Shown here: positions 44,576 to 55,200 of the stretch, one piece after another
Numbering within the stretch: position 1 is the stretch's first letter
How the letters are laid out: each line of letters begins with the position of its first letter
Source: Bacillota bacterium
Lineage (GTDB): Bacteria; Bacillota; Sulfobacillia; RBS10-35; JAJYVN01
Length of the DNA stretch: 64,000 nucleotides
Assembly: GCA_021806565.1 (NCBI GenBank)
Contig: JAJZXK010000001.1
Coordinates: 100,072-164,071 of the forward strand
Direction: 5' to 3'
Program-made: the position numbers and the translations under genes
Notes under the pieces: model-generated
Told to the model about the DNA's origin: nothing
Seen by the model: only the letters and a program-made list of their open reading frames with translations
The model's database searches: none

Positions 44576-46876
44576 ATGATCCGCCGGCGGGCGGCGGCGC
44601 GCCAGGCGCCGCTTGTAGCGTTGGTGGGCTATACTGCTGGCGTGACTACCGAGACAAAGGCTCAGGCTGAGCCGCTGCGGTACCGTGGCTTTGAACTCGA
44701 CGCGTTCCAGCTCAGGGCCGTGGACGCCATCGAGGCCGGGCAGAGCGTCCTGGTCTCCGCGCCCACCGGGACGGGCAAGACCCTGATCGCGGATTATTTG
44801 GTGGAACGCGCAGCCAGAGCCGGCCAGCGGGTGGTGTACACGGCGCCGATCAAGGCGCTGTCCAATCAAAAGTTCGACGAATACTGCGCCCTGTGCGGGC
44901 CGGAGCACGTCGGGTTGCTCACCGGCGACGTCGCCATTCGGCCGGAGGCGCCGCTGTGCATCATGACCACCGAGGTGCTGCGCAACCAGTTGATCACCGC
45001 GGATGCCCGCCTGACGGACCTGGCCTGGGTGGTGTTCGATGAGATCCACTACATCGCCTCGGACCGCGGCACGGCTTGGGAAGAGAGCATCATTCTCCTG
45101 CCGCGCGGGGTGCGCCTGCTGGGCCTTTCCGCCACGGTGGGTAACCTCGGCCTGTTGGCGGCCTGGATCGCCCAGACCACCGGCATACCGGTCGAGCAGG
45201 TGCGCGAGACCCAGCGCGCCGTGCCGCTCCACATCCGCTACGTGACGCCGGAGGGCATCGGCGGCTACTCACAGGCCAAGCGCTTCGCCAGTGCGGCCGA
45301 AGGCGAGTACGGCCGACGTCCGCGCTTGCACCACCTGGATCTGGTCCGGACGCTGGTGCGGGAAGATGCCCTTCCCGCGCTCTATTTCGTCTTTTCGCGG
45401 CTGGGCACGGAAGAGCGCGCCCAGGAGGCGGCCGACCGCTTCTCTTTCCTGGACGCCAAAGGCGAGCGGGCCTGCGCCGCCGCGCTGGAAGAGATGCGGA
45501 CGCGCTACCCCGGCGCACGCGAACTGCACGGGGTGCTGGGACGCTGCCTGCTGCGCGGTGTCGGCTTCCACCATGCGGGCCTCCTACCGGCGACGAAGCG
45601 GGCGGTGGAGACCCTGTATGGCAGGGGCTTCGTGCCACTGCTGTATTGCACAGAGACGTTCGCGGTCGGTGTCAACTACCCCGTGCGCGGCGTCGTGCTC
45701 GAGAGCGGGCGCAAGTTCGACGGCACCCGGCTGCGTCCTCTGACGGTGCAGGAGTTCCAGCAGATCACCGGCCGTGCCGGCCGGCGGGGAAAGGACGCCC
45801 GGGGCTTGGCCTTTATCGGCGTGGATGGGCGCGACCGCGGTGAGTTGCCCAACTACGGCGCCCTGCCACTGGAGCCGGTCGCCAGCCAGTTCGCCGTGAC
45901 GGAGACCACCGCGCTCAACCTGCTGCGCACCTTCGGCCGTGAACGCGCGCTGGATGTGTTGAGTCGCAACTTCCGGGAGTTCGCCCGGCGGCGCGAAGAG
46001 GGGGTCGAGCGCGAGCGGCTCGGCGCCCTGATCAAGGAGCGGGAACGGCTGTGGGCGCAGGGCTGCCCGCACCTGGGTACGGCGGCCTGCCCGCTGGAGC
46101 GCGAGCGGCTGCGGTCCGTGGAGGAGGAATATCGGCGTAAGCGGCGCAACCGCCGTAACCGCCGCGGCCGCTTGGCGGTGGACCAAACCCTGGCGGAAGT
46201 GTCCCGCGCCCTGCGTACCCCCGCGGATTGCCCGAAAGCCAGTCCCGACCCCTGCCGGCCGCTCGTGCGCCCGTTCGGCCGGCTGCACATGCGGCTGCAG
46301 GCGGCCGAGTTGGAACTGCGCGGTGTGTCGGAACGGGCGCACTACCGGTCGGAGTTGGATCGGGTCTGCTCCCTTCTGGAGCGCCTCGGTTATATCGCGG
46401 GCGAGCGCTTGCTCGCGCGCGGCGAGGTGGCGCGCCACCTGCACGTGCAGCCGCTGCTGCTGACCGAGCTCCTATTTGAGGGCTTTTTCCACCGTGAGCC
46501 GGTGCCGGTGGTGGCCGCCGTGCTGGGGGCGGTGGATTACGATGCGCGGCATGACGACGCCTGTTACGGGCTGCCGAAGCTCACGGCGGCCGTCGCGGTG
46601 GAGCGGGTGGTCCGGCGGCTGCAGGCCGAGGGCGGCGACATCGCGTTCGATCCGGTGGTCTCGCCGCTGGTGTATGGGTGGGCGTCGGGTGTGGATTTTG
46701 CCACACTGATGGAGCACACCACCATTCAAGAGGGCGACTTCATCGGTGCGGTGCGGCGCGCCCTGGACCTGCTGCGCCAACTGCGACAGGCGGCGCGGGG
46801 CGATGACGCGCTGGCGGGCCGGCTCGATCAGGTGGGTGCACTGCTGGATCGGGACGAGGCGCGCGTGCTGTTTTGA
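44576..46876 (+). CDS. Ski2-like/DEAD-DEAH-box superfamily-2 RNA/DNA helicase
   Basis: Walker A APTGTGKT, DEIH box (VFDEIHY), SAT, helicase C motifs (HHAGLLP...TETFAVGVN). ~767 aa. Confidence 0.85.
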   Translation: MIRRRAAARQAPLVALVGYTAGVTTETKAQAEPLRYRGFELDAFQLRAVDAIEAGQSVLVSAPTGTGKTLIADYLVERAARAGQRVVYTAPIKALSNQKFDEYCALCGPEHVGLLTGDVAIRPEAPLCIMTTEVLRNQLITADARLTDLAWVVFDEIHYIASDRGTAWEESIILLPRGVRLLGLSATVGNLGLLAAWIAQTTGIPVEQVRETQRAVPLHIRYVTPEGIGGYSQAKRFASAAEGEYGRRPRLHHLDLVRTLVREDALPALYFVFSRLGTEERAQEAADRFSFLDAKGERACAAALEEMRTRYPGARELHGVLGRCLLRGVGFHHAGLLPATKRAVETLYGRGFVPLLYCTETFAVGVNYPVRGVVLESGRKFDGTRLRPLTVQEFQQITGRAGRRGKDARGLAFIGVDGRDRGELPNYGALPLEPVASQFAVTETTALNLLRTFGRERALDVLSRNFREFARRREEGVERERLGALIKERERLWAQGCPHLGTAACPLERERLRSVEEEYRRKRRNRRNRRGRLAVDQTLAEVSRALRTPADCPKASPDPCRPLVRPFGRLHMRLQAAELELRGVSERAHYRSELDRVCSLLERLGYIAGERLLARGEVARHLHVQPLLLTELLFEGFFHREPVPVVAAVLGAVDYDARHDDACYGLPKLTAAVAVERVVRRLQAEGGDIAFDPVVSPLVYGWASGVDFATLMEHTTIQEGDFIGAVRRALDLLRQLRQAARGDDALAGRLDQVGALLDRDEARVLF

Positions 46877-47163
46877 GCTTTGCGGTCGGCGGGCGCCCGC
46901 GTACCGCCGGGGAATCGGGCCAAGGCTTCAAGTGAACGCCCACCACGTTTGGTCCTGCCCCCAAGTGCCCCTCCAACCCCATGGCCGAGACGAAGCGCGC
47001 CACGCGCGGGCGGAGGGCCGCGCAGCGCACCTGCCGCCGCCGGCGTTGCCCCACGGATATCCGCCACCCTTGCCCCGTACGTATCGCGGGGGACGGGCGG
47101 ACGCGCGCCGGCCTGGGGGGGGCACGCACCATCCGGCAGCGACGGGGGGGCACCGAGCGGGCG

Positions 47164-48696
47164 ATGCTGCGGGGCGCGGCAGCCCTGGCGGCCGCGGGAG
47201 TGGCGGCGAAGGTCGGTTCGGCCGTCTACCGCGTGCTGGTCGCACGCTGGCTCGGCGCGGAGGCCATCGGCCTTTATGAGATGGCCGCGCCGGTGCTGGC
47301 CGCGGGTATCAGTATCTGTGGTCTCGGATTGCCGGTGGCGGCTGCCGCGTTGATCGCGGCGGAGTTCGGGCGGGGACGGCGGGGCGAGGCGCTGCGCTTA
47401 CTGCGGGCGAGCCGGCTGCTGCTGCTGGCCTCAGGCGCCGTCGGGGCGGTCGCGGTCGCTGTGATGGCGCCGGCGCTGGCCCACCTGCTCGGCAACCGCG
47501 CGGCGGCGGGTGCCCTGCGCGCGGTTGCCCCCGCCATCGCCCTGGCGGTGCTGCTGGCCGGTGAGAAGTCCTGGCTTCAGGCGAGCGGACGGGTGGCGGC
47601 GTCGGCCGCCGTGGTGGCGGTCGAACAGTTCGGACGCGTGGCCGCGGGCATGGCGGCGGCGCTGCGCTTCGTGTCCGGGGGGCCTCCCGGTCCGGCGGTG
47701 GCGCCGCTGGCCGCCGGGGCGGTGGCGTGGGCCCCGGCGGCCGGTGCCGCCACCGGGCTTGCAGCGGCGTTCGCGGCCGACCGCGCCCTGCCGCCGGCGG
47801 GTCGCGCCGGCAGGGCGCTTGGGCAGGAGGACGGAGCGGCGGACTCCCCGGTTCGCCGCCTCCTGCAGGGGGGCGGACCGAATTGGATCTCCAATGTGGT
47901 GTCCTCCCTGACGGCGGCGGTGGATGCCGCCCTGGTGGCCTGGCGGTTGCGGGTGACGGGACTGGGGGCCGACGCTGCGACGGCCGCGCTCGGCGAGTTG
48001 AACGGCATGGCGCTGCCGCTGGCCACAGCGCCCGCGGTGCTCTTCGGCGCGCTGGCCAGCGCCCTGGTGCCGGCGGTGGCGGCGGACTGGGCGCGCGGCG
48101 ACGCCGCCGCCGCTCGGCAGCGCGGGGCTACGGCGTACTTCTGGGTGTTGGCCGTGGCGACGCCGGCTGCGGTCGGCGTCTGGCAACTGGCACAGCCGTT
48201 GGCCCTGGTGCTGTATCGCAACGTGCACGCCGCTCCGCCGCTGGGCGTGCTCGCGTGGGGCGCGATTCCGCTCGGGCTTTCCTACGTGGCGGCCGCTCTG
48301 GCCAACGCGGTGGGAAGGCCGTCCGACCTGCTTCCGGGTGTGCTGCTCGGTGCCATCGTCAAGTCGGCCCTCGTGCTCATCCTCACCGACGCCCACGGTT
48401 TGGCCCTGCGTGGTGCTGCTCTGGGCATTCTCTGCGGCCTGGGCTCCTCGACGGTTCTGAATGTGCGCGCTGTCTCACGCCAGTCCGGTTGCGCGCCCCC
48501 CTGGCGCACCTGGGTCGCCGTGGTGCTGCCGGCGGCCGGGGCACAGTGGTTGTGCGCCGTTGGTGTGTGGGCTCTGATGCCCGGTGGCGACACCGGCCCG
48601 CGGGTGTTGGGCGCCATGGCCGGCGGCGGCGGCGCGTACGCCCTGGTGTTTGTCGCCGCGCGGCGCCTGTGGCGGTGGCGGGAGACGATGGGGTGA
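47164..48696 (+). CDS. MurJ/Wzx/SpoVB-family polysaccharide/lipid-II flippase
   Basis: ~14 TM helices, MOP-superfamily pattern. Adjacent to the CE4 deacetylase and FemAB genes. Confidence 0.7.
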   Translation: MLRGAAALAAAGVAAKVGSAVYRVLVARWLGAEAIGLYEMAAPVLAAGISICGLGLPVAAAALIAAEFGRGRRGEALRLLRASRLLLLASGAVGAVAVAVMAPALAHLLGNRAAAGALRAVAPAIALAVLLAGEKSWLQASGRVAASAAVVAVEQFGRVAAGMAAALRFVSGGPPGPAVAPLAAGAVAWAPAAGAATGLAAAFAADRALPPAGRAGRALGQEDGAADSPVRRLLQGGGPNWISNVVSSLTAAVDAALVAWRLRVTGLGADAATAALGELNGMALPLATAPAVLFGALASALVPAVAADWARGDAAAARQRGATAYFWVLAVATPAAVGVWQLAQPLALVLYRNVHAAPPLGVLAWGAIPLGLSYVAAALANAVGRPSDLLPGVLLGAIVKSALVLILTDAHGLALRGAALGILCGLGSSTVLNVRAVSRQSGCAPPWRTWVAVVLPAAGAQWLCAVGVWALMPGGDTGPRVLGAMAGGGGAYALVFVAARRLWRWRETMG

Positions 48697-48764
48697 AAGT
48701 CCCGGGGATAACCTGTGCGCCGCAGCCGTAGCAATGGGCCATCACGTACCTCGCGAAGGGTGGG

Positions 48765-49535
48765 ATGGGGATGCTGCGACTGCGGTGGCCGGTCGTGGGC
48801 GCGATCGGGGGAGTCCGCTGGAGCGCCGCGGCCGCGGGAGCGGTCGCGATGCTGTTGGTCGGGCTCGGGCTCGGCGGGGCCACGGCCGCCAGCGGAGCCC
48901 CTTCGGCACCGGTCCCGGTACGGGTGTTGCGGGCCGTTCCGGTACCGGTCAAGGCCGTGGCGTTGACCTTCGATGACGGTCCGAGCACGGCGTACACGCC
49001 GGAGATCCTGTCGCTGCTGCAGCAGAACGCGGCCAAGGCGACATTCTTCGTGGTGGGCCGGGAGCTGGTCCGGCATCCCCAACTGGTGCGCCAGGAGGCG
49101 GAGGCCGGCATGGAGGTCGGTAACCACGGCTTCAACCACCTGTCGCTGCGGGGCATGGATCCAGCGGCCATCCAGGCGGAGGTCAAGCCGGTGGAGCAGG
49201 AGATCACAGCGATCACCGGCAACCGCCCCACCCTGTATCGACTGCCACGCGGGCGCAGCGACCCCCGGGCGCTGCGGGCCCTGGCCGACCTGGGCTACAC
49301 GGTGGTCGCCTGGAATGTCGATACACAGGACTACCTGCCTCGCACACCCCAGGCGATCGCGCAACACGTCGAAACACAGGTGCGTCCGGGGAGTATCGTC
49401 ATTTTTCACGACGGGGGCGGCAACCGCAGTGCGACCGTCGCCGCGTTGCGCCTGCTGCTGCCGGTCCTGAAGCAGCGCGGGTATCAGATGGTCACCGTCA
49501 GCCAGTTGCTGGAGTTGGCCACTCCGACCGGTTGA
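48765..49535 (+). CDS. polysaccharide deacetylase (NodB/CE4 family)
   Basis: Signal peptide, then TFDDGP (Asp-Asp metal motif), HGFNH, RLPRG motifs of CE4. Confidence 0.82.
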   Translation: MGMLRLRWPVVGAIGGVRWSAAAAGAVAMLLVGLGLGGATAASGAPSAPVPVRVLRAVPVPVKAVALTFDDGPSTAYTPEILSLLQQNAAKATFFVVGRELVRHPQLVRQEAEAGMEVGNHGFNHLSLRGMDPAAIQAEVKPVEQEITAITGNRPTLYRLPRGRSDPRALRALADLGYTVVAWNVDTQDYLPRTPQAIAQHVETQVRPGSIVIFHDGGGNRSATVAALRLLLPVLKQRGYQMVTVSQLLELATPTG

Positions 49536-49616
49536 GCGACGAAGCGCAGGATCCGGGACGCGGACGCGGGGGCGGCCGACTCTGCCAGGCACACTGGACG
49601 GCCGGTTCCCCGTAGC

Positions 49617-50813
49617 ATGGCGGCGCAGCGGTCTTCGAGGGGGGAATGCCCGGTGTCCGTCACCCTGTCGGAGTCTTGGCAGTGCGCCGCCGGCCCGGTC
49701 CGTGTCCGCGAAGCCCGCGGCGCAGAGGCCGGCGTCTATGACGCCTTCGTCGCGCCCCACCCACAGGGGGGCATCCTGCAGTCCTGGGCTTGGGGTGAGT
49801 TGCGGGCGCTGCAGCACTGGGCGCCGGTACGCCTCTTGGCCCGCGACGCCGCCGGCCGCGTCTGCGGCGCGGCCCTGGTCCTCTGCCGGGAACTACCCAT
49901 CGGAGCCAGCCTGCTCTACCTGCCCCGAGGACCGGTTCTCGACTACCGCGATGACCGCACCCTGGATGCCCTTGTCTCGGCGCTGCGGCGGCTGGGGGAG
50001 CGGCGGCGCGCCGTCCTGTGTAAGATCGACCCGCCGGTGACACCACCAGACCCTCGGGTGCTGAAGGCTCTGACGGCGCGCGGCTTTGTCATCGGCCACC
50101 GACGGGGGCGCTTCGAGGGGATGCAGCCCCGTTACAGCGTGGTCGTCCCGCTGGATGGTGGGGCGGACGCGGTCCTGGCGCGCTGCCACGCCAAGACCCG
50201 CTACAACATCCGTCTGGCGCAGCGGCGCGGTGTGCAGGTGCGGCGGGGTTCTCGAGAAGACCTTGCCGTCTTCCACCACCTATTGGATGTCACATGCGCC
50301 CGCAACGGATTTGCGGAGCGGCGCCTACCCTACTTCGAACAGGTCTGGGATGCCCTGGCCCCGGGCGGCAACCTGGAGCTCTATCTGGCCAGCCATGAGG
50401 GTGAGGATGTCGCCGCCGGCATACTCTTCCGCTATGGCGACAAGGCGGTCTACGCCTATGGCGCGTCGGCCGACACCCGCCGCGACGTGATGGCGCCTTA
50501 TGCGGTGCAGTGGACGATGATCAGCCGCGCCATCGCCTGCGGCTGCACGAGCTACGACATGACGGGTGTACCGCGCCAGCTGTCCCCGGATCAACCCGGT
50601 TACGGCCTCTATCGCTTCAAGCGCGGCTTCTGGCCCGATGTCAGCGTATACGCCGGTGAGTACGACCTGCCGTTGCAGCCGGCGCTGTACCGCCTGTGGC
50701 AGGTCGTCGAACCGGCCTACTGGGGATGGAACGTGTGGGTGCACCGCACGCTGAAGGCGCTTGCGGCCACCCGCCCACTCGAAGGCCTTCCCCCGGCCAC
50801 GCGCGCGGGCTGA
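49617..50813 (+). CDS. FemAB/MurM-family peptidoglycan bridge-forming aminoacyltransferase
   Basis: ~400 aa. Central and C-terminal regions match FemABX (GNAT-like duplicated fold; ...AKTRYNIRLAQRRGV..., YDFGG-like YDMTGV). Confidence 0.75.
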   Translation: MAAQRSSRGECPVSVTLSESWQCAAGPVRVREARGAEAGVYDAFVAPHPQGGILQSWAWGELRALQHWAPVRLLARDAAGRVCGAALVLCRELPIGASLLYLPRGPVLDYRDDRTLDALVSALRRLGERRRAVLCKIDPPVTPPDPRVLKALTARGFVIGHRRGRFEGMQPRYSVVVPLDGGADAVLARCHAKTRYNIRLAQRRGVQVRRGSREDLAVFHHLLDVTCARNGFAERRLPYFEQVWDALAPGGNLELYLASHEGEDVAAGILFRYGDKAVYAYGASADTRRDVMAPYAVQWTMISRAIACGCTSYDMTGVPRQLSPDQPGYGLYRFKRGFWPDVSVYAGEYDLPLQPALYRLWQVVEPAYWGWNVWVHRTLKALAATRPLEGLPPATRAG

Positions 50814-50822
50814 GCGCGCGCG

Positions 50823-51323
50823 TCAGTCACTCGTGAGGTTCCGGTAGCGGCCGCCATACCACAGCAGGGGCGGGGTGTCCGCGAGCGCCTGGGCGTGCGC
50901 CACGCGGCCGACGAAGATCGTGTGGTCCCCGCCGGCGATATCGGCCTCCAGGGTGCACTCGAGGTAGCCGAGCGCGCCGGCGAAGACGGGATGGCCGGCT
51001 GGGGAGCGGTCCAGTTCAAGATCCATAAACGGATCGGCCACATCCGGCCGCATACCCGCGAACCGTGCCGAGACCTCCGCCTGGTCGGCGGCGAGCAGGT
51101 TGACCGCGAATCCCCCCGCGTCGGGGATGGCCTGGTGGGCGACCGCGTCCTTTTTGATACAGATCAGGCACAGCGGCGGATCGAGGGACAGCGAGGTGAA
51201 GGAATTCACGGTGATCCCGTGACGACCCCTGGGTCCGTGGCTCGTCACCACGGTCACCCCCGTCGCCCACCGCCGCATCACCTGTCGCAGATCCTGTCCA
51301 CTTACCGCCATCGCTGTTCCCAT
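50823..51323 (-). CDS. flavin reductase (FMN-binding split-barrel) family protein
   Basis: ...RRWATGVTVVTS...GITVNSFTSLSLDPPLCLICI...IFVGRV.. typical HpaC/flavin reductase-like domain, 166 aa. Confidence 0.8.
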   Translation of the reverse strand: MGTAMAVSGQDLRQVMRRWATGVTVVTSHGPRGRHGITVNSFTSLSLDPPLCLICIKKDAVAHQAIPDAGGFAVNLLAADQAEVSARFAGMRPDVADPFMDLELDRSPAGHPVFAGALGYLECTLEADIAGGDHTIFVGRVAHAQALADTPPLLWYGGRYRNLTSD

Positions 51324-51357
51324 CCTCCTGTGCGATCCGGCTTGACGCGGACCGCAG

Positions 51358-52506
51358 CTATTCGCGGGTCGTCACCTTTTCGATGCGTTCGAACCGACCC
51401 GGGACCACGCCGCGGCGCAGGGCGAGGGCGTGTCCCAGCCATTGCACCACCGCCACGTCCAAAAGGGGTTCGGTGCCGGCGGGCGCGGGTGGGAGCGCGA
51501 TGGTGGGCACCCGCGTCGCGGGCGCTGCGTCCGGCGCGATCGCCACCACTTCCATGCCGTAGCCGCCGAGTTCCTCGGCGAGGTCCAGGTCGAGGCGGCC
51601 GATGTCGCCTGGTGACACAAACAGCAGGGCGTGGCGGCCAGGCAGGGCACCTTCCAGCGGCCCGTGCCGGAAGGCCGGCACGCTCATGCCCTCGCTGTGC
51701 AGCCGGTTGGACTCCTTGAGCATCAGGGCTCCTCCCAGCGCCGCCGCCAGCGCGGGGCCGCGTCCGAGCAACCAAAGGTGCTGCGCGCCGGCCATCCGGC
51801 GGGTCAGGTCGGTAAGCCAGTTGCCCCGCGCGTCGTTGAGCCGTTGCAGGGCGTCCGCCGCCGCGTCCCAGCGGGCCCTGGCGCCTTCCTGTCCCACCGC
51901 CGCCGCGGCGAGGGCGTCCGCCGCCGCCAGCGTGCTGGTGTGGGTCTTGGTGGCGCAACCGGCCTCGGGCCCGGATTTCAGTGCCAGGGTGATGGCGGCG
52001 CTGCGGCCGAGCGGGCTGTCCGGGGCGTTGGTGATCGCCAGCAGGCAGGCGCCGGCAGCGGTCACCGCCTCCGCCAGCCGGACCACCTCCGCGCTGCGAC
52101 CCGACTGGGAGGCGCAAAGCACGGCGGTGTCCGGGTCGAGCCGGCCCGCGGCGTGGTGGAGCAGTTCGCCGGTTTCGATCCAGGTACCGGCCCCACCCGC
52201 GTCCAGATGGCGCAGGTAGGCGGGATACAGCGCATAGAGCGAAGCGCCCATCCCGGTCCACAGCACGCGCCGCGCGGAGGCCAGGCGCGATGCGGCCCGG
52301 GCGAGTTCGCCGCCGGCTTCGATACCATCCAGTGTGTCGCGCAGTGATCGCGACTGGTCGAGAATGTCGCGACCGAGGTCGTCCGACGGTGGTTTCCCAC
52401 CACCGGTGTCGGGACCGCTCCGCACGAGTACTCCCTCCTTGTGCGTCGCGTTTCGGCGCAGGCCGTTCGGCTCCCTGCCGTCGGCCGGCGCCGAGCGGGA
52501 GGTCAC
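51358..52506 (-). CDS. SIS-domain sugar phosphate isomerase/deaminase (GlmS C-terminal/AgaS/FrlB-like, two SIS domains)
   Basis: Two SIS modules ([17 protein letters not shown]...[12 protein letters not shown]; [23 protein letters not shown]). 4-nt overlap with the upstream dehydratase gene. Confidence 0.68.
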   Translation of the reverse strand: MTSRSAPADGREPNGLRRNATHKEGVLVRSGPDTGGGKPPSDDLGRDILDQSRSLRDTLDGIEAGGELARAASRLASARRVLWTGMGASLYALYPAYLRHLDAGGAGTWIETGELLHHAAGRLDPDTAVLCASQSGRSAEVVRLAEAVTAAGACLLAITNAPDSPLGRSAAITLALKSGPEAGCATKTHTSTLAAADALAAAAVGQEGARARWDAAADALQRLNDARGNWLTDLTRRMAGAQHLWLLGRGPALAAALGGALMLKESNRLHSEGMSVPAFRHGPLEGALPGRHALLFVSPGDIGRLDLDLAEELGGYGMEVVAIAPDAAPATRVPTIALPPAPAGTEPLLDVAVVQWLGHALALRRGVVPGRFERIEKVTTRE

Positions 52507-54470
52507 GCCGACGGTGGCTCGACCCCGGTCGCGTGTTGGCCGGCCGGGGCCATGGGAGACGGACGGTCCGCCTCCGCCAAGGCGGCGATGCCCGCATCGA
52601 GCGTGCGTACGATCGCGTCCACATCATACACACACCCGCCCCAAGTCCCGCCCCCGACGGCCTGCAGTGCCGCCCAGAGGCGGGTGTCCTGCGGCAGACC
52701 CGGTGCCGGTGCCAGGCCCGGGTGCGGCGGTCGGTCGGTCAGCACGGCCGCCGCTTCCTCCGGCGTCCACGCCTGCGCGCCGTGCCCGACGAGTTGTACG
52801 TGGCCCTCCAGGCGGCCACGGTCGATGACGATCTCGATGCGGTCGCCGTCGCGCAACCTGCCAACCGGCCCACCGGCCAGCGCCTCTGGTCCGATGTGTC
52901 CGATGCACGGACCGGTGGAGACACCCGAAAAGCGCGCGTCGGTGATCAGGGCCACCTCGCGTCCGAACGGCAGGAATTTGAGCGCCGACGTCAGTTGATA
53001 GGTCTCCTCCATTCCCGTGCCGAGCGGGCCCGCGCCGATGAGCACCAGGACATCGCCCGGGCGGATCGCATCGTCGCCGCGGCTCTTGAGGGCGCGGATG
53101 GCGGCACGTTCGCTGGTGAAGACCCGCGCCGGCCCGGTGTGCCGGTACACCCCGTCGGCGTCCACCACCGAGGGGTCGATCGCGGTGCTCTTGATCACGG
53201 AGCCCTCGGGGCAGAGGTTTCCGACGGGGAAGGTGATCGTCGAGGTCAGTCCGCGCCGGCGTGCCGCATCCGGATCCATGATGACCTGGTCGGGGTCGAC
53301 CCCGTCGGCTTCTCGCAGGCGGCGGCGCAGGCCGGCCCTGCGCTCGGAGTCCTCCCACCAGTCGAGGACATCGTCCAGACTCAAGCCGCTGACGGTGCGG
53401 CAGGCGGTCTCAAGCAACCCAAGCCGGCGCAGGTGCAGCATGACCTCCGGCACGCCGCCGGCGAGAAAGACGCGCACCGTCGGGTGGTTTTCCGGTCCGT
53501 TGGGCAGGACGTCTACCAGGCGCGGGGTCTGGCGGTTGACGGCCACCCAGTCGGCGGCGGTCGGCCGGCGCAGGCCGGCGGCGTGCGCGATCGCCGGCAC
53601 GTGCAGCAACAGATTGGTGGAGCCACCGAAGGCCGCATGCAGGACCATGGCGTTTTGTAAGGCCCGTCCATCCAGGATGTCCGCGCCGGTCCAGCCGGCC
53701 GCCTCCAGGGCCACCAGGGCCTGTGCCGAGCGGCGGGCCGTATCCAGCCAGACCTCCTGGCCGGAAGGCGCGAGTGCGGCGTGGGGCAGGCTCAGTCCGA
53801 GTGCTTCGCCGACGACCTGCGTGGTGGCCGCGGTGCCGAGGAACTGGCAGCCGCCGCCCGGGGAGGCGCAGGCGTGGCAGCCCAGCGACGCCGCATCCTC
53901 AAGGCTGATCTCGCCGTGGGCGAAGCGGGCGCCGATGGTTTGCACGGTGCCGGCGTCCTCTCCCTGCAGTGGCGGCAGGGTGACCCCGCCCGGCACCAGG
54001 ATGCACGGCAGGTCGCGCGTGGCGGCCAGGGCCATCAGCATCGCCGGCAGTCCCTTGTCGCAGGTGGCGACCCCCAGCACCCCGCGCCGGGTGGGCAGGG
54101 AGCGGATCAGGCGCCGCAGCACGATGGCCGCGTCGTTGCGGAACGGCAGGCTGTCCATCATCGCGGTCGTTCCCTGGCTGCGGCCGTCGCACGGATCGGT
54201 GCAGGCCGCCGCGTACGGAATGGCGTCGCGGGCCCGCAGCTCCCGCGCCGCTGCCGCGACGAGCAGTCCGACCTCCCAGTGGCCGGTATGGTAGCCCAGC
54301 GCCAGGGGGCTGCCGTCCGGGGCGCGCAGACCACCCTGGGTTGACAGCAGCAGGAAGGCCTTGCGCCGCAAATCGGCCGGATTCCAACCCATGCCCGCAT
54401 CCTGGCTCCAACCGAACAGGTCGCCGCTGGGGGCGGTTCGCAGGGTCTCCTCGTCCAGCGGCAGGCTGCC
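52503..54470 (-). CDS. IlvD/EDD-family dehydratase (dihydroxy-acid / sugar-acid dehydratase)
   Basis: Aligns to IlvD/Edd from ...[11 protein letters not shown](L)...PCDG(R)...[13 protein letters not shown]... through the C-terminal ...[23 protein letters not shown]. True start is ~20-25 codons upstream of the internal ATG at 54392 (likely a CTG/TTG/GTG near 54460-54470). The remaining ~490 N-terminal codons of the supplied 1143-aa ORF are spurious. Confidence 0.8.
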   Translation of the reverse strand, partial: GSLPLDEETLRTAPSGDLFGWSQDAGMGWNPADLRRKAFLLLSTQGGLRAPDGSPLALGYHTGHWEVGLLVAAAARELRARDAIPYAAACTDPCDGRSQGTTAMMDSLPFRNDAAIVLRRLIRSLPTRRGVLGVATCDKGLPAMLMALAATRDLPCILVPGGVTLPPLQGEDAGTVQTIGARFAHGEISLEDAASLGCHACASPGGGCQFLGTAATTQVVGEALGLSLPHAALAPSGQEVWLDTARRSAQALVALEAAGWTGADILDGRALQNAMVLHAAFGGSTNLLLHVPAIAHAAGLRRPTAADWVAVNRQTPRLVDVLPNGPENHPTVRVFLAGGVPEVMLHLRRLGLLETACRTVSGLSLDDVLDWWEDSERRAGLRRRLREADGVDPDQVIMDPDAARRRGLTSTITFPVGNLCPEGSVIKSTAIDPSVVDADGVYRHTGPARVFTSERAAIRALKSRGDDAIRPGDVLVLIGAGPLGTGMEETYQLTSALKFLPFGREVALITDARFSGVSTGPCIGHIGPEALAGGPVGRLRDGDRIEIVIDRGRLEGHVQLVGHGAQAWTPEEAAAVLTDRPPHPGLAPAPGLPQDTRLWAALQAVGGGTWGGCVYDVDAIVRTLDAGIAALAEADRPSPMAPAGQHATGVEPPSA

Positions 54471-54595
54471 TTCCGGGCCCGGGGCCGCGGTGCGCACCTC
54501 GCGCGCGGCCGGGCATCCGGGCGTGTCGAACACGCCGCCCAGCAGGGCGGACGCGTCAGGGATGGGTGCAGGCAACTGCTTCAACCTCCTCGGGT

Positions 54596-54865
54596 TCAGC
54601 GGCGGAGCAGGGTTTGCCAGATACGGTAGGCCAGCAGTACCAGGACCGCCATGGCGGCGAGACTCACGATCAAGAGTGCGACCGCGGCGGCCAGACCGAG
54701 CAGGGGCAGGACGGCGATGCCGACCAGCGCACCCGCCACCGCACCGTACACCGCACCGCGGACTCTGACCAGTCCGAACCGTGCCAGGGCGGCCGCGGGG
54801 ACGGCAAGGGAGAGTAGCGCCCCGGCGGCGGAGAGGACCAGGATCAGGTCTGCCATGCGTGCCAC
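54596..54865 (-). CDS. small membrane protein (2-3 TM helices)
   Basis: 89-aa [36 protein letters not shown]...LLAYRIW, first gene of the minus-strand dehydratase operon. Weak support. Confidence 0.35.
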   Translation of the reverse strand: MARMADLILVLSAAGALLSLAVPAAALARFGLVRVRGAVYGAVAGALVGIAVLPLLGLAAAVALLIVSLAAMAVLVLLAYRIWQTLLRR

Positions 54866-55200
54866 CTCCGTATCCTGAACGCGAGGCGTGGGGGACCGCC
54901 GCCTTGAGGCGATGAGGGCCTCGTGGCACCTCGCGGTGCACCGAGTCTTTCAAGCGCGTCCGTGCCGTGGAGCCAGGCACCGCGCCCTCCCCCAGAGCGA
55001 CGGCCGCCGATTCGGGTGGACGAGCCGTCGGATTCAGCCGCTGCTGCTTGACACGCTCACTTATTCTACGGCCCCGGGCCCTGCCCGGCGAGCCAGGCTC
55101 CGTCGTCCGCCGTCGTTTGCCGCCGAGCACCTGCGCCATCTGGGGGCGGGAGGGTCTGCGGCCGCCGCAGAAGCCCCATGGACGAAAGGGGCGGCCGCGA

